A stretch of 64,000 nucleotides of DNA from Candidatus Eiseniibacteriota bacterium (GTDB lineage Bacteria; Eisenbacteria; RBG-16-71-46), in assembly GCA_963707915.1 (NCBI GenBank), contig OY970178.1, positions 288,001 to 352,000 on the forward strand, written 5' to 3'. Shown in pieces: positions 61,426 to 64,000 of the stretch; position 1 is the first letter of the stretch; each line of letters starts with the position of its first letter. The position numbers and the translations under genes are program-made. A model generated the notes under the pieces. That model had not been told where the DNA came from. It saw nothing but the letters and a program-made list of their open reading frames with translations, and did not search any database.

Positions 61426-64000
61426 CGGAGGACCACGAGGCGTTGCGCCGGGCCATGGGCCCCGCGGGGGAGCACGAAGTACACGCCGGCCACCCAGGGC
61501 CGCGTCTGGCCGCTCGCCAGGCGACCCCGCGACTCCGGGCCCCGGGGCAGCAGTTCCACCACGGCCACCCGCCGCCCGGCCAGGTCGTAGATTTCGAGCG
61601 CTTCCGCGGCCGTCCCCCCGGGTGCAGCTGCCCAGCGGAACTCGACCTCCCGGCCCGCGAGCGCCGGATTGGGCCGGATCGAGATCGGCGACGGCACGGC
61701 GAGCGCGGCGGTGAGCGGGACGGCGAGCGGCGGGCGCCAGTCGGTGAGCCGGCGGCGTTCCATGAAGTGGGCCGTTCCCCCCTGATAGCTCCGGAAGAGC
61801 ACGGTCACGTTCCCCGGCGAGGAGGCGAGCACGGCGGGTTGCACGGCCGCTTCCGCCGTGGCCTGGGTGATGTCCGTGCTGTTGGCGTCCCAGCCGAGCC
61901 TGGGATGCCGGCGGCGGTAGCGAATGTGCGTGACTCCGCTCACCGAGCGCTCGAACACCACGTGCAGGCCGCCTTCGGCGTCGCGCGCGAGCCGCGCCCC
62001 GGCGAGCGTGCTGTTGCTGGTTTCGATCACGGTGTCCGCGGGCGCGAATCCCCCCAGGGCCAGGCGCCGCTGGTAGTGCAGCTCGCTCCCGGTCGCGCCG
62101 CTCTCGATCCACAGGCTGTGCAGCGTGCCACTCGACTCGGCCAGCGCCGAGACCCACGTCTGGGACAGCCCGTTCTGGGGAGTCAGCCGCAGGCCCGTTC
62201 CGGGGAGGGAGTCGAGACCGCAGCGCGAGAACCACAGGGTGGTCGGCCAGTTCGCATTGTTCGCCCAGATCACGACGGCGCCCCCCGATGGCAGGACCGT
62301 GACCAGCGGGTTCGCGGCCGACTCGCTGACGCCCGACAACGTGAACGACTGCCCGAAGGGTGACAGGTAGGGGAACCTCAGGTACTGGATGTTCGGCAGG
62401 TCCTGCCCGATCAGGACCCAGGCGACGTGGACGCCGCCCTTGCGATCGGCCCCGACGGAGGGGGCCCGGTGCTCGCCCGAAAGGGTGCTGAGGACCTGCT
62501 CCGACGTCCACACGCCACCGACCCGGGCGCGGTAGAAGATGCGGATCGGCCCGAGTCGCGTGTCGCACCACACGAGCGCGAGGTCGTCGGTGCCGAGCAC
62601 GGCCAGGGCGGGCTCGAAGGCGTCGCCCGAGGACTGCGAGACGACGACGCCCTCGCCCCACTCGCCTGCGCGCCGCGAGCGCAGGACGATCTGGAGATGG
62701 CCGAGGCGCGTCTCGCTCGCGACCGAGTAACCGGTCCCGCTGGGCGCCAGCGCCGCCCTGGCTGCGGTGGTCGGCGTCTCGGACGGGGTGTACTCGCCGA
62801 CCGTGCGGTCGGCGGCCGGCTCCCAGCCGGTCGCGCGGACCTGCGCGAGGAAGCTCATCCCGTCCGCCATCGGGGCGATGTCGTAGAGGCCCACGCCCGT
62901 CGGGGCGCCCAGGAAGGTGAGGGTGTTGGGTGGCGGCGTGTCGTCGAACAGCGCGGCCCGGCCGCTCGCGCCCGGGTAGACGTCGCCCGCATCACCGCGG
63001 TTGACGCCACTGGTGAGATCGGTGGTCCCGGCCGCCTCTTCGACGACGAGTCCCGGGACCGCTCCCGAGTTGACCGAGTTGGATTGGATGCCCTGGCCGA
63101 TCACCGCGTCGTTGACGTGGTAGACGACGAGTCCGCCCGCGGGCAGATTGCGGTCGAAGCCCGCCTGCCGGCGGGCCTCGACCAGGAAGTGCTCCGGGTT
63201 GGCCTCGCCCTGGAAGGAGAGTTGCAGGACCTGGTTCCCGATGCCGAGCGGGGGCAGCACGACCGGCGTGTCCTCCGTGGGCGCGAGCACCTGCGTCCAG
63301 CCCAGGAAGAGCGTGGGCCAGGCCCCGAGGTGGGCCGGGTACTCGGGCGAGTGGCCGTCGCCTCCATAGGCGCCGGTCCCCATCAGCGACCAGTTGCCGG
63401 GGCCCGAATTGGTCGTCCCGCCGTCCCGGGTGTCGTAGAGGTCCGGCAGGCCCAGGGCGTGGCCGAACTCGTGGCAGTAGACGCCGATCTCCGAGCGCTG
63501 TCCGGGGGCGAAGTAGGAGAGCTCCGGCAGGATGGTGAAACGGTCGATTCGCATGTGCTGGGTGAGTGAGCCCGGGACGTGCTCGGGGGTCTGGTAGGCG
63601 CCGGTGCCGCTCCAGAAGGTGGAGAGCCGGGAGGTGATGGACCACAGGTCGTTGTTGAAACGGTCCGGGGCGGCCTCCCCGGGGAGGCCGGCGTGGACCA
63701 CCCAGAGCATGTCCACGAAGCCGTCCCGGTCGAGGTCGAAGTCGGACCACTGGACTTGCGCGGCGCAGGCGTTCAGGGCGTCGATGACCAGCCCGGCGGA
63801 GTTGTGCGGGGTGGACGTGCGGGACAGTCCAAAGCTGTTGTAACCGTAGTAGAGCTTGTCGTGCGGCAACGCCACCGTCGCCACCACCCGCCCGACCACG
63901 CTGATGCGATTGCTCGAGACCCAGTCGTAGTAGTCGTGGACCGACCCCGTGGGAGTGGCCTGGGTCGTGTCGAAGAGGGCGAGGTCGAAGTCGGCGCCGG
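61422..64000 (-). CDS. M6 (immune inhibitor A) metalloprotease with repeat domain and C-terminal FlgD-Ig/T9SS-like domain (5'-partial)
   Basis: GSVHDYY, FDLDRDGFVD...VHAG, IGVYCHEFGHALGLPDLYD, WSLMGTG, EHFLVE.R...FD; ends IRPNP...IYDLAGRRV...AGVYFV. Confidence 0.9.
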   Translation of the reverse strand, partial: GADFDLALFDTTQATPTGSVHDYYDWVSSNRISVVGRVVATVALPHDKLYYGYNSFGLSRTSTPHNSAGLVIDALNACAAQVQWSDFDLDRDGFVDMLWVVHAGLPGEAAPDRFNNDLWSITSRLSTFWSGTGAYQTPEHVPGSLTQHMRIDRFTILPELSYFAPGQRSEIGVYCHEFGHALGLPDLYDTRDGGTTNSGPGNWSLMGTGAYGGDGHSPEYPAHLGAWPTLFLGWTQVLAPTEDTPVVLPPLGIGNQVLQLSFQGEANPEHFLVEARRQAGFDRNLPAGGLVVYHVNDAVIGQGIQSNSVNSGAVPGLVVEEAAGTTDLTSGVNRGDAGDVYPGASGRAALFDDTPPPNTLTFLGAPTGVGLYDIAPMADGMSFLAQVRATGWEPAADRTVGEYTPSETPTTAARAALAPSGTGYSVASETRLGHLQIVLRSRRAGEWGEGVVVSQSSGDAFEPALAVLGTDDLALVWCDTRLGPIRIFYRARVGGVWTSEQVLSTLSGEHRAPSVGADRKGGVHVAWVLIGQDLPNIQYLRFPYLSPFGQSFTLSGVSESAANPLVTVLPSGGAVVIWANNANWPTTLWFSRCGLDSLPGTGLRLTPQNGLSQTWVSALAESSGTLHSLWIESGATGSELHYQRRLALGGFAPADTVIETSNSTLAGARLARDAEGGLHVVFERSVSGVTHIRYRRRHPRLGWDANSTDITQATAEAAVQPAVLASSPGNVTVLFRSYQGGTAHFMERRRLTDWRPPLAVPLTAALAVPSPISIRPNPALAGREVEFRWAAAPGGTAAEALEIYDLAGRRVAVVELLPRGPESRGRLASGQTRPWVAGVYFVLPRGAHGPAQRLVVLR

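Overview
Very GC-rich bacterial chromosomal window. The many secreted proteins with FlgD-Ig/T9SS-like C-terminal domains, a C-terminal TWGxxKxxYR tail and a GWxTD protein suggest a Candidatus Eisenbacteria-like lineage (inference, not tested). Contents in order: (1) an alpha-glucan locus with a CBM20 tandem protein, MalEFG-like ABC transporter and divergent secreted GH57 and GH13 enzymes, plus a truncated IS481 fused to the end of malG; (2) a remnant secreted-protein gene, a receiver/PPDK_N-like gene and a disrupted gdhA; (3) rhodanese-methyltransferase, GWxTD/TPR, suhB, UvrD-PD(D/E)XK helicase-nuclease, an orphan family-5 binding protein and a large gingipain-like C25 peptidase; (4) glnS-gltX-tRNA-Gln-tRNA-Glu and an aldo/keto reductase; (5) a ~21 kb exopolysaccharide/exosortase/EpsI/PrsK/PrsR operon with overlapping sigma70 and sigma54-like promoters, ending in a deoxynucleoside kinase; (6) ileS behind a full transcription-attenuating Ile T-box riboswitch, an M23 peptidase and a partial M6 metalloprotease. 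Best leads: the T-box outside its usual phyla, two kinds of putative C-terminal sorting tail alongside two candidate processing enzymes (C25 peptidase, exosortase), and a dehydratase fused to an apparently dead phosphoglycosyl transferase domain. Several lesions (stop, frameshifts, apparent internal deletions) may be assembly errors. All calls come from motif reading by eye; no searches were run.
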